A stretch of 64,000 nucleotides of DNA, taken from contig NW_027266271.1 of the NCBI RefSeq assembly GCF_022045235.1, positions 31,310,001 through 31,374,000 of the forward strand. The letters run 5' to 3'. Of the stretch, positions 43,301 to 51,018 are shown in pieces. Each line of letters starts with the position of its first letter. Position 1 is the first letter of the stretch. This DNA is from Haliotis cracherodii (taxonomy: Eukaryota). The notes beneath the pieces were generated by a model. The model saw nothing but the letters and a program-made list of their open reading frames with translations, had not been told where the DNA came from and searched no databases. The position numbers and the translations under genes are program-made.

Positions 43301-46121
43301 TGACCACCCGATGCCGTTAGTCGCCTTTTACGACAAGTATAGTCGCCTTTTACGGCAAGCATGGGTTGCTGAAGACCTATTCTACCCTGGAATCTTCACG
43401 GGTCGTGTGTGTCAAAGACATTTATGTTTACTATACCACTCTTTACTGAAGACGCGAAAATCAACACGCTCAAGTATACTTGCATGTCAGTGACAGCTTC
43501 GAACGAAACGCAAGGTCACCACCAGAATAAGAAAAGACAACGTTAACCGTGATCTACTCAGCGTTTTGCGCTAGAGATAGGGAATGTTATTGTTCACCTT
43601 TGGGATATTTTGGGCCACATTATCAGAAATCAGACACACTTCTACGGAGTTTTCGAATGATTGGTATCGGAAATGTTCACTTTGAGTGATCTGGTTGTGC
43701 AGTCGTAAACAAACAACTCCCGAAACAGTGCCACAAAATACCCTTCGAAGAGGACACTGATGGCACAACCGGATCATTCCGAGTAAGTCCAGATATCAGT
43801 CCAGATAGTTTAAACTGACTTCATTTCACCACGCTGATCCTTTTACGTCGAATCAAATTGAAAGTTGCGAAAGTAGTTGGGTGCGTGACGCTCATTGGGA
43901 CCCTCGATCTATTGAACGGTAGTCGTACATTGTAAATGGATATATGACTCGATTATAATTATAATGTCTGTTGAAGCTCAATGCATAACTTATCTAGGAT
44001 GCAAACCGAATTTGATGCGTGTGACTTCCTTGTTTGGTATAATAAAGTGTTTGTTAATATCTCTCGCTCACATGAGATTGTTTCAGTTCTGCCTTGTAGT
44101 TGCAAAATGAATGACGTCTCGCGATATTTTATGAATGAAAAAAGTAGTCCCGGTGTGACAGAGGTCACGGTTATCCAATGAAAACGAATAAAACAAGGTC
44201 AACCTTTTACGACACACGTGTGACGTACGGATTTAGTATCTTACCACCTGTATCTTCACCAAGTGGGTAATAAAAGTGTTTATGCTACGTCTACCATCTT
44301 TTTTTTGAGGGAACAGATACTGAAAATGTCAGTTAATAACTCTATTCTACTAATTATGAATATCATATTTAATAAACATGTATCTGTTAATGCCATTAAC
44401 TATAAATAGTAATTATAATAAATGAGATCCTTTGTGATAAAGAGTTCATTCATCCCTTGCGATGGAGAAATCAACAAAGTCAAGCAAATAAAAGCGACAT
44501 AACCCTTCACATATTCATACGAAATCTCGATTGTACGTTTTCTACTTTATTATCATGAGCATGTATCTATGAATTAATATCCAATAGTGATGACAACAGG
44601 TGTTCGCGAAAAGGTGAGCGTATCCTACCCAACCGGTGACACCCGTCACAAACATATGCATGACAAGTCAATTATTCACCTGAAAAAAAAATAGGAAATT
44701 GCATCGGACATTATTTTTGTCATTGATGCATCATCATGTCTCCCATAAAACGTTTTGAAAGCTTTGCTGAGGCCTTGAATGTTTTAACCTTGATCAACGA
44801 ACTTTTGTGGAAGACTCGTACATGTATGATGCTCTTGAAATCTTGGTAGAAAGAGTATGCTCGATTGTATAATTTTAAATTTTATAAATTAAATGTAAAC
44901 AACAAAGGCTGGAGCTGCAGGAATATTGCTTGGCATAAAGGGAACGAAATACGATGACTTGCCTCTTTGGCAAGTGCCATTCCTCCCATCCCTCCACTGT
45001 AGTGCACAGGCCCCAGGACATTCTCCTGTGGTGGAGTTACACACGGCCTCTCTTTCACAGTGACAGGAATAGCGACAGGAGTCTCCGAACTGTCCTTCAG
45101 GGCAGGTAGCTGGGGAGAAAATATAATACTGCTTTTGAGGCGTACTAGTAAGAACGAAATGTTGTCATACAAGTAGAGTGAGTGAGTGAGTATGGTTTTA
45201 CGCCGTTTTTAGCAATATTCCAGCAATATCACGGCGGGGGGACACCAGAAATGGGCTTCACACATTGTACCCATGTTGGGAATCGAACCCGGGTCTTCAG
45301 CGAACGCTTTATCCACTAGGCTACCCGACCGCCCCTTCATACAAGTAGAAGAACCTATTCATATTTTGAATGACACTTGCGTTGGGGATGCCACACCCTT
45401 GTTGTCTTGAGTGATATATATAGAGGATTCATCACGAGTGTTTTTTAATATGGGAAATATCAACCGAGTCTTAGTTAATCGGTATTTGCCGAGCCTTTGG
45501 CGAGGCAAATACTGATTAACGGGACGAGGTTGATATTTCCCATATTAAAAAAACACGAGTGATGAATTCTATTTATCATTTTCACATTTTTGCTTCCCAA
45601 TTAAGGAATAATTAATTGCATTGAACATTAACATCAGCAACTTGTCGAAATCTTACGTATAGATCGTGCGTAGTGATACATGTTTTCAAAAGCCGCGTAA
45701 ACCAAAATTAACAACCCCTTAACTCCTTTATGGCATATTCCTTCGCTGAGAAAAAAAGATTATTTTAAACAAAATACTTGAAAGGACTTTTGCAGAATAA
45801 TTGAAATAATGTCTCCAACATCAAAGGTATCCATGTAGTTTTTAAACAACTACTCACATGCACCGGCGAAAAAAGTCCCACTTCCGGCTATCTAATTTGC
45901 ATATCTAATTTGCATACTTATGTCATTGGGGTATGACATATATGTTTTTATGTCATAAGCTTATGTCATGGATAAATGCTTTAGTTAAATGATAAATTAT
46001 CATACGCTATGTCAGGCAATGTTGAACTGTGACACTGATGAGTGTAAAGGTTATTGTACACCTGTTACTGTCAAATCACAATGCATTGGATTGTTTAGAA
46101 GGGTTGGATTGTTTAGAAGGG

Positions 46122-46190
<69 letters not shown>

Positions 46191-47705
46191 CTGTTTGTTT
46201 AATTATTGTTTAACACCTCACACAGAAGTATTCCAGCTATATGACGGCGTTGTGTAAATAATCGAATCTGGACCAGACAATCCAGTGACTGGCGTCATGA
46301 ACATCGATCTATGAAACTGGAATATCATGACATGCATCAACTGAGTCAGCGAGCGAGACCACTCGATCCCGTTAGTCGCCTCTAACGACAAACATGGTTT
46401 GCTAGGTGGTTGGGTGTGATCATGTGGTACTTCTCTTAGCTTAGGCACTTCAGCGCATGTATATTTCAGTCAAAATTTATGGAAAGACACATTTTGCTTA
46501 CAACAGTTTACTAGGTTTGCCATCGAAGGCCTGCTTGAATCATTCCAGAAATTGTATGGTAGACATTCAGAATAATTCACTATCACCTTTACCGTGAGTT
46601 TTCACGCCTCCTTACTCACTGGTACTTTATTAATGACATGAGTGGTGGATGCTACCAGTCGAGCAGGACTTATAGTACCCTTAGGCCTAGGTGCTATATT
46701 TGTTATTCAACAGGTGGCATTAAGTCAAAAACAGTCAGTGTTTCTTCCCAGATATGCATGCCTAGATAACAATTGCCTGAAGGACGAATATCTGAATACA
46801 TGTGTATACCTATTTTCATCTGCTGAAGTTTTTATATCATCTTCCTAGTACACATAACCTCATGTTAAATTCTTATGTTCGATAAATGTCCTTGCCTATT
46901 GTGAATCGTGTTGATTTTGGCAGGCATTCCATACCTTTTCTGTCAACTGATCTAGCTCTTCCAAACCTGTTAACTGAATCTCCAAGCCAATTCTTATAAT
47001 ATAAATACGACACAATCTTTGTGAAAATGACGTATATATAGCTTAATGTACATAGAATGGTATTTCATGAATATGTTGTACACTTTTGGCACGGGAGTCA
47101 ATATTATAGCTCCAAATTCCTATACCATTTACTATATATTTCCAGTGCAATAAATAACCTTGTTTTCTGCATCCATACTGTCGGGCAAACCAACCCACCC
47201 CAAACACCCTAGAGATCAAATGTCTCCCGCGCCCCTTTTAAAGTTGTAACCACCAAATCCTCAATAGTCGGAGAGTCGTGTGATATTGAGGACCTAGTGT
47301 GCCAAGAAGCCCCAGAGGGTCTATGTAATAAATGTACGTATGGTGTCATTATAAGTTGTCAACCGATCTCGAGGGGTTTTTGGTGTAAGGTTAGGGGTAC
47401 ATAGGCTCGCACACTGGGTAAAGCATACCATATGCCCGGTTGACAACGAATACATCTCATAGACATTCATTCACAGACCCGTAGTATATGGCCGAAGTTT
47501 CTCGGAGCAAAACGGTTTTTTCAGCCATTTTGATAAATCCATAAATACAGAGATGGTTGTAGTAGTTTTCTTGTATGTATATAGAGCTCATATTCACCGT
47601 ATGAAAAAAACAACAACTTCATAGTTTAACATACCCACTCAGTGTAAGACAAACACAGCAAGCTACTCCCAGGACTGCACAACACAACCCACGGGAGGCC
47701 GCCAT
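10267..47705 (-). CDS. Whole-gene span: receptor-type tyrosine phosphatase with F-type lectin + EGF ectodomain (spliced, >=26 exons)
   Basis: Hand-assembled exons with AG/GT(GC) boundaries and matching phases give SP-EGF-FTLD-5xEGF-TM-PTP D1-PTP D2-stop. One junction (15107 to 12913) is unresolved. Confidence 0.92.
10832..10964 (-). CDS. PTP D2 exon
   Basis: TATESLLLVLLVNIASRLKDDGTVDLITDMGRLCARHGGAPFTM. Phase 2-0. Confidence 0.85.
11173..11312 (-). CDS. PTP D2 exon (WPD and HC degenerate)
   Basis: DDATTTTTIHNYHLTGSVRDPGVAEM...GSSMIVS+AG|gtatgt. Phase 0-2, like the D1 WPD exon. Confidence 0.85.
12304..12420 (-). CDS. PTP D2 exon
   Basis: AHFPSSDKDVTTSRFTASMRSKTVLSDGISVTTIDLGLK|gttagt. 117 nt. 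Confidence 0.8.
12571..12690 (-). CDS. PTP D2 exon
   Basis: SYKWNNGFYIMSSCPNKEDIWNAVYNTDSRTLITWGQENQ, equivalent to the D1 YIAxQGP...FW region. 120 nt. Confidence 0.85.
12879..12913 (-). CDS. PTP D2 micro-exon
   Basis: tctag|TG GAC..., DSERNSIATVP|gtaagt. 35 nt, phase 1-0; the upstream phase-1 partner was not securely found. Confidence 0.6.
14456..14860 (+). mobile_element. Penelope-like GIY-YIG endonuclease fragment
   Basis: QYIEESLRPLNTRPKEHQ...KSALSEY...GHNI..., then MNRDQG in a shifted frame. Confidence 0.7.
15107..15253 (-). CDS. PTP D1 end and interdomain linker exon
   Basis: EQYLFVYQAMAMWLSEGDTSLDSNF...QQHLE|gtaggt. 147 nt. Confidence 0.92.
15515..15650 (-). CDS. PTP D1 exon (P-loop and Q-loop)
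   Basis: SAGIGRTGTYIAVEGLMEQAKTEGVVDV...MRRQRTNMIQTK. 136 nt. Confidence 0.95.
16827..16972 (-). CDS. PTP D1 exon (WPD loop to VHC)
   Basis: AAKKLCLQHFHFTSWPDHGVPDTSALLEF...PIIVHC+AG|gtaaga. 146 nt. Confidence 0.95.
17085..17210 (-). CDS. PTP D1 exon (KCxxYWP)
   Basis: MKCLRYWPEKGTETYGDISVTMDTQTRFANYTVTKLSVQHNQ. 126 nt. Confidence 0.92.
17620..17800 (-). mobile_element. Tc1 transposase C-terminal fragment
   Basis: LARTLQEEWRRIPNQDVRRLV...RVRTCIVAKG. Confidence 0.75.
18194..18294 (-). CDS. PTP D1 exon (FWxMIW)
   Basis: PYRLEIVDNFWGMIWQEECRIVVMATGLIEAGK. 101 nt. Confidence 0.93.
18463..18499 (-). CDS. PTP D1 exon (YIAAQG)
   Basis: GYYTERRYIAAQG. 37 nt. Confidence 0.92.
18846..18922 (-). 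CDS. PTP D1 exon (DYINAS)
   Basis: YDYNRVVLHDDNSGGGGDYINASYVD. 77 nt. Confidence 0.93.
19409..19496 (-). CDS. PTP D1 exon (KNRF loop)
   Basis: GLPCGFIHPHQESQLSENKGKNRFRGYYP. 88 nt. Confidence 0.92.
19610..19875 (-). CDS. RPTP exon: acidic juxtamembrane region
   Basis: GKEVGDTVEREVDEEDDD...NYCNV...AIPVSEL...EDEFQ. Phase 1-0. Confidence 0.85.
19991..21300 (-). mobile_element. Degenerate Tc1 transposon
   Basis: TA-flanked TIRs (TACTCAAACAAAAAGAAACGCAA / TTGCGTTTCTTTTTTAAAGAGTA). MPRLS at 21016; FSDES, FQQDNAPPH and SPDLNPIEHL in broken frames. Confidence 0.92.
21915..22006 (-). CDS. RPTP exon: basic stop-transfer/juxtamembrane segment
   Basis: RRTRKQSAALLQKRPVGQTENWNSTRSEKH|gtaagc. Phase 2-1. 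Confidence 0.88.
22094..22184 (-). CDS. RPTP exon: transmembrane helix
   Basis: GQESLPVSIIVGCATGAVILLFFVIITVLLV|gtgagt. Phase 1-2. Confidence 0.9.
22880..23280 (-). mobile_element. Highly decayed Tc1-like fragment
   Basis: GCIT...GDNINSDKYRQII...QNNNA-like translation. Confidence 0.5.
23944..24090 (-). CDS. RPTP exon: EGF-like repeat
   Basis: ECNASHYGVDCNKACVERKCAGTNSSCDRYNGSCDTGCLVGWTGDDCAQ. 147 nt. Confidence 0.9.
24315..24458 (-). CDS. RPTP exon: EGF-like repeat
   Basis: ECSKGTYGDGCANECLKRNCQRTSPCNHVTGRCEPGCEAGWMGQDCSR. 144 nt. Confidence 0.9.
24704..24850 (-). CDS. RPTP exon: EGF-like repeat (duplicate B)
   Basis: ECDTGNYGINCNKACAERNCVAGTTSCDRHTGWCVTGCLPGWNGSDCTR. 147 nt. Confidence 0.9.
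25125..25271 (-). CDS. RPTP exon: EGF-like repeat (duplicate A)
   Basis: ECDTGNYGISCNKTCAERNCVAGTTPCDRHTGSCVAGCLPGWRESDCTR. 147 nt, with a weaker AAG acceptor. Confidence 0.82.
25861..26140 (+). mobile_element. Internally deleted Tc1 derivative
   Basis: MPRLTESQCNNAIGRLQTG N-terminus joined directly to the C-terminus LAQALQEEWVNIP...IASIGR. Confidence 0.85.
27110..27692 (-). repeat. 97-bp tandem repeat derived from the EGF exon 3' half + splice donor
   Basis: Anchor GACAGTAAGACCTCCTCACC at 27126, 27223, 27320, 27417, 27513 and 27603. Confidence 0.95.
27622..27753 (-). CDS. RPTP exon: EGF-like repeat
   Basis: VCSHGTYGKFCNKFCHCQNSSCDPDSGVCPGDCRPGWQGVRCDK G|gtgagg. 132 nt. Confidence 0.9.
27868..28176 (-). 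mobile_element. SINE of a third family
   Basis: tRNA-like head (GGTTGAATCCC B box on the minus strand). Related copies at about 12070-12285, 34210-34520 and 41530-41720. Confidence 0.7.
29072..29278 (-). CDS. RPTP exon: F-type lectin domain, second half
   Basis: LRRIANCTIHLSNDTSSDGTLCHTF...CDGRGRYLTIRNP...TLNICEVEIY G|gtatgt. 207 nt. Confidence 0.92.
29750..30330 (-). mobile_element. Decayed IS630-Tc1-mariner-like transposase fragment
   Basis: KTEMQNWL...KTVLYEKI...TDKMAADHGHPVL. Confidence 0.55.
31600..31980 (-). mobile_element. Penelope-like RT C-terminal fragment
   Basis: KETSETASSVSYSDL...TKLFDKRDDFNFPTVNFP. Related pieces lie near 3730-4060, 22230-22440, 44620-44945 and 46500-46570. 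Confidence 0.75.
32100..32650 (+). mobile_element. RNase H-bearing LINE (I/Nimb-like) fragment
   Basis: RIPAYVGLRGNKKADKLVK, resembling the WIPAHVGIxGNExAD motif. A similar LINE 3' end lies at about 59290-59640 (GEDPPFC...TVKHILFDC). Confidence 0.6.
32721..33757 (-). mobile_element. Unclassified TIR-bounded DNA element with decayed coding remnant
   Basis: Imperfect ~40-bp TIRs (CCTGGATAAAAATAGTAGAAAGCTGAATT / AATTCAGCTTTTTATTATTTTCTCCCAGG). Internal AAKFHSHRAYHAVQQW...PTEWAW...VLKMTLCACK. Confidence 0.65.
34820..35760 (-). mobile_element. LINE 3' fragment
   Basis: RLGLSKLKINYGR...RICPFCNSAIEEEIHFTFECPYY, with a (AAGTC)n tail-like repeat near 34822. Confidence 0.75.
36136..37635 (-). mobile_element. 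Near full-length Tc1-family (DD34E) transposon with frameshifted transposase
   Basis: TA-flanked TIRs (TACTGAGTCAAACTAAAAACTTCAC / GTGAAGTTTTTAATTTTGTTCAGTA). ATG at 37344 (MPRLS), frameshift near 37200; FSDE, FQHDNARPH and SPDLNPIE with D-34-E spacing. Confidence 0.95.
38890..39096 (-). CDS. RPTP exon: F-type lectin (FTP) domain, first half
   Basis: ENVAFNKTATSTSG...KAVDGN...SCFHS...WKVDLGRQYRIRHVTVYHRDQ. 207 nt, phase 1-1. Confidence 0.92.
39375..40410 (+). mobile_element. 3'-truncated Tc1 transposon (ORF 39583-40410)
   Basis: MPRLSENERLRAIGML HTH; FTNESRF (first catalytic D mutated to N); FQHDNARPH; ends before the catalytic E. Left end approximate. Confidence 0.9.
40945..41520 (-). mobile_element. 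Decayed Tc1-like remnant
   Basis: TA-CACTGGGGAGCAAAAGAAAC terminus-like sequence and an SPIEHL-like motif near 41360. Confidence 0.45.
42529..44274 (+). mobile_element. Hairpin-headed putative non-autonomous element
   Basis: Palindrome at 42529-42676, followed by TTTATTACCCAC, whose inverse lies at 44263-44274. Confidence 0.65.
43136..43405 (-). mobile_element. SINE of a second family (GACCCGTGAAGAT head, (AAAC)n tail)
   Basis: Near-identical copy at 6655-6918; partial copies near 8130-8300, 11480-11630, 46190-46400 and 63850. Confidence 0.85.
44963..45109 (-). CDS. RPTP exon: N-terminal EGF-like module, GC-AG donor
   Basis: ccccag|CT ACC TGC..., TCPEGQFGDSCRYSCHCEREAVCNSTTGECPGACALQWRDGRNGTCQR G|gcaagt. 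147 nt, phase 1-1. Confidence 0.88.
45178..45336 (-). mobile_element. tRNA-derived SINE with 13-bp TSD
   Basis: GGGGCGGTCGGGTAGCCTAGTGG...GGGTTCGATTCCC (A/B boxes), (ACTC)n tail, TSD TCATACAAGTAGA. Relatives near 19158, 38243, 40443 and 48095. Confidence 0.9.
45422..45996 (+). mobile_element. Hairpin-headed putative non-autonomous element
   Basis: Palindrome at about 45422-45572, followed by TTTATCATTT, whose inverse lies at 45987-45996. Confidence 0.6.
46124..46188. repeat. (GATT)n microsatellite
   Basis: Directly visible. Confidence 0.95.
47639..47705 (-). CDS. RPTP exon 1 (signal peptide), proximal copy
   Basis: MAASRGLCCAVLGVACCVCLTL+A|GTGGGT. Phase 1 matches the EGF exon starting at 45109. 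Confidence 0.8.
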
Positions 47706-49959
47706 GTTGGGTTAAAGAGGATGTAAATCACCCCAAACTATTTTGTCTCAAACTGAAAATATTGATGATTGCTGGGCTTTTGTCCCTTTCCGGCGGGGAC
47801 ACCACTGAGGATACTACAATATGTATACTAGTCATGTTGTGTAACATCGCTGATACGCATCACATTTAACAATACTTCATAAATGTTCAAAGAAATCTAT
47901 TATATGTTTACTAAGAACTGATTGTGGAGTATCTGAAAGAACACTGCTTGAATACACACTATTTTTAGATAAGGGGTATCCTCGTGCGTAATCACACCTT
48001 TCTGAAATCTATATTTTGGTGAAAATGTTTACAATGTTCTGTACATGGGACACAACTACGACGTCAACTACTTTGTCGTGATACTTTTCAAAGCGAGTGA
48101 GTGAGTATGGTTTTACGCCACTTTTAGCAATGATCCAGCAATATTAGGGCAGGGGACATCAGAAATGGGCTTCACACATTGTACCCATGTCGGAAATCGA
48201 ACCGAGGTCTTCGGCATGACGAGCAAACGCTTTAACCACTAGGCTACCCGACCGTCCCAAATTTCAAAGAAGCCTTGTAGGTGTTGAGTTGGTGAAATGT
48301 CATAACATCACATCACATCACATCTCTACAGCATTTAATGATGCTCCAGATTCCATTTACCAAGTGAATTCTCATGCCGCAAACAAAACTAGTATTACCC
48401 AAGTCAAAGGGCCAGTGTGCATTCTCAGCTCCCTGGGGAGAATGCAATCGAAGCTGCCCGTAAAGGTTAACAGTCGCAATATCATTTTATCCATCTGTGT
48501 GTAGCTCGCAATGTATAGCGGTGTATACCTCATTGTAAAACAAGTTTTTGTACTGAGTGAGGAATGTTAACATCGCTAATGACAGTTTTCAGTTTAATTT
48601 ATAAACCAATGCAAACCAGCTTTCCTACCCTAATTTCCATCCTTGCCGCACTAGGCTGCTATTATGGAGTTATTTTTCGGCTGGACGAACATGTCTGTGC
48701 ATAGTCCAATCAAAATCTTGTAACGAAATCAACACCCGGTTCATAACAACACGACTGCCGTGCAGATTTCGGTCGATTGCAGGATTTGCTAAGTATGTGC
48801 ACCGTCACCACTGCGTTGCCGGATATTTTCCCTTTGTTTGTTTTTTCAATCAAGGTGCTGAAGTCATTTGATGCACTTTTTGAGGTAAGACCCGTTTTTT
48901 TTAACAGTTAGATCTTCTTTGCTGGAAGCAAATGCAAGCGATATGTGAAGTGGAATCTGATTGGTCAATAGGAGTGACATATATGGGGCATTTCTTGTAA
49001 TAGACACTGGTGGCGCTATGATCGAGCCACTTTACTGAATAAGTTCGGCAAGGGTGGAAACGGGACTTTTGTAGCCAGTTAACTCCCTTGCCTAGGGAAG
49101 ATGCTGCAATTAGAACAATAAGAAGGTCACGTGAATCACAGATATCATCCGAGCAGAATCCCTGCGCGAATGTATCTAAAATAGTCATGAAATGACTGTG
49201 TAGCCGTTATACGAAAGAGGAAACTAGCTACCGCCACTGACAAGAGAGAATCATGCACGTGATGCACATTCAACAAGTGACAACAGATGATATTGTGTCA
49301 AAGGGTATTTTGCATTGAGAATGCCTGATACGATTGTGACCTCTCATATACATCTAATGCAAAGTATGCATTGAAAGGTTGCAATGGAGAAAATCGGCCT
49401 TATATATCAGTGACCAGGCACAATAGCCATTTTGTGACAAGTGGAACAGGAAAACGTTATGACAGATATGTACGCATAAAAATTATCAACGATAGCAATA
49501 CATGCTTCATAAATGTGAATAACACATTGAATATGATCTACATTGATACATGTAGCTAACATTCACACGAAAAATGTCTGCTACTTCAAAATCATGAGGG
49601 GAGATGGCGGCTGGACATGTTTGGCCCAGTCATCTGAGACGCCGCAAATCCCTGTGAAGAGTTGCCTCCCATGGGCACGCCAGAAACCTATGATGATCGT
49701 TGGTTCGATTCCCGGTTCGCCCCGACTATATCCGTGCTTGTGGATTTTACCAAAGTGGTAAACTTCTCAGACCTGCATCACTTCAGGCTCTCCTCACACA
49801 TCAAGCTGACAAGGCATGATATAACTGGAAAACTGTTCAAAGCGGCATTTAACTCAAACTCACTCAAAATCGTACCCGTATCAAGGCTACAAGATTCTGA
49901 TAAATACCTAAGTAAATGGGGATCCTCAAGGTCAAGGAGGACACTACTAAATGTAAAAA

Positions 49960-50850
49960 CACTTATATAACAGTAGTTCAATACCACAAACATCTAGGTT
50001 ACATCTTGCAAGAAGACTGTCTTTGGGATATACATATCGAGGAAATTGTAAAGAAAGTGTGCCCTATATTCCATTGTTTTAAATATCGTTTATGGCGAAA
50101 AACTCTTGAGAAATAATGTTAAAATTATGCTCTACTATAACTATGGTACATAAATTAACTCCCGATAATCTTTCTTTTCCACTTTTAGTAATTACTCGAT
50201 AAGGAATAGTTTCAACTTACAAGTAATTAAATGCAGAACTGAAAACTATGCAAATTCATTTATTCCCTCTAACGCGAACTTATGGAACGATTTATCGTCA
50301 GATGTGAGCAACGCAGGTTCCATGGGATCTTTTAAACGAATTAATAATAAACTTGATGATTACACACAGCATTTTGACTTGGACTATGTCAAATTTATCA
50401 CCCGTGACTCAGATCTGGATGTACAGACATGAATGCCCAAAGTGCGAAAGACACATCTCAGAAGACCATTCTTGTTCCTGTGGTTCGATATGCGAGGGCA
50501 CTGCTCATTGTTTCTGCTTTTGTCCAAATTATAGTACTATAAGATCAAACTAATACTTCTGTACCATGGGATATAACCTCAGTTCCGTACTTTAGGGACA
50601 ATTCCTAAGAAACCGCAAACGGTTTTGGCATCTGTTCATGAATATATTAATAAAGGGCTAAGATTGATCACTCTTCAGTTTATACCGTTTATTACTCGCA
50701 TCCGACAACCTCAAATATATCTACACGTATTATCTATGCAAGTTATTTCTACCTTTACCGGATTTAAGGTTTTTTTTATTATATGTGTTATTGGAGCGGT
50801 ATTTATATAAATCGCACGACTTGTTTACCAATCCAGTCTGTGCACAATTT
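49960..50850 (+). mobile_element. Decayed CR1-like LINE 3' fragment
   Basis: HKHLGYILQEDCLWDIHIEEIVKK; NSFIPSNANLWNDL; CSCG...HCFCFC. Confidence 0.7.
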
Positions 50851-51018
50851 ACGGAAATAAATATGTTTCAACCAAGGAGGAAGATGGTGATGGGGTCAGC
50901 AGCTTCATCATCCCTCAGACGGCTGTATTCAGTAAACAACAACAACAGCCTGTGTCTGTCCCCGTACAATCTCAGATCTAGTAAATTTGAACAGAATCAC
51001 AGCGGGAAAGCTACATAG

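Noticed and set aside
44882-45172. 96-aa ORF from the track
   Set aside because: Wrong frame of the real EGF exon at 44963-45109.
45178-45336. tRNA gene
   Set aside because: Only A/B boxes, with a SINE body, simple-repeat tail and TSD; no complete cloverleaf.
30715-49110. Inverted homology between about 30.7-31.1 kb and 48.7-49.1 kb as ends of one large element
   Set aside because: More simply two independent copies of a dispersed repeat; the gene's exons between them keep normal order and orientation.
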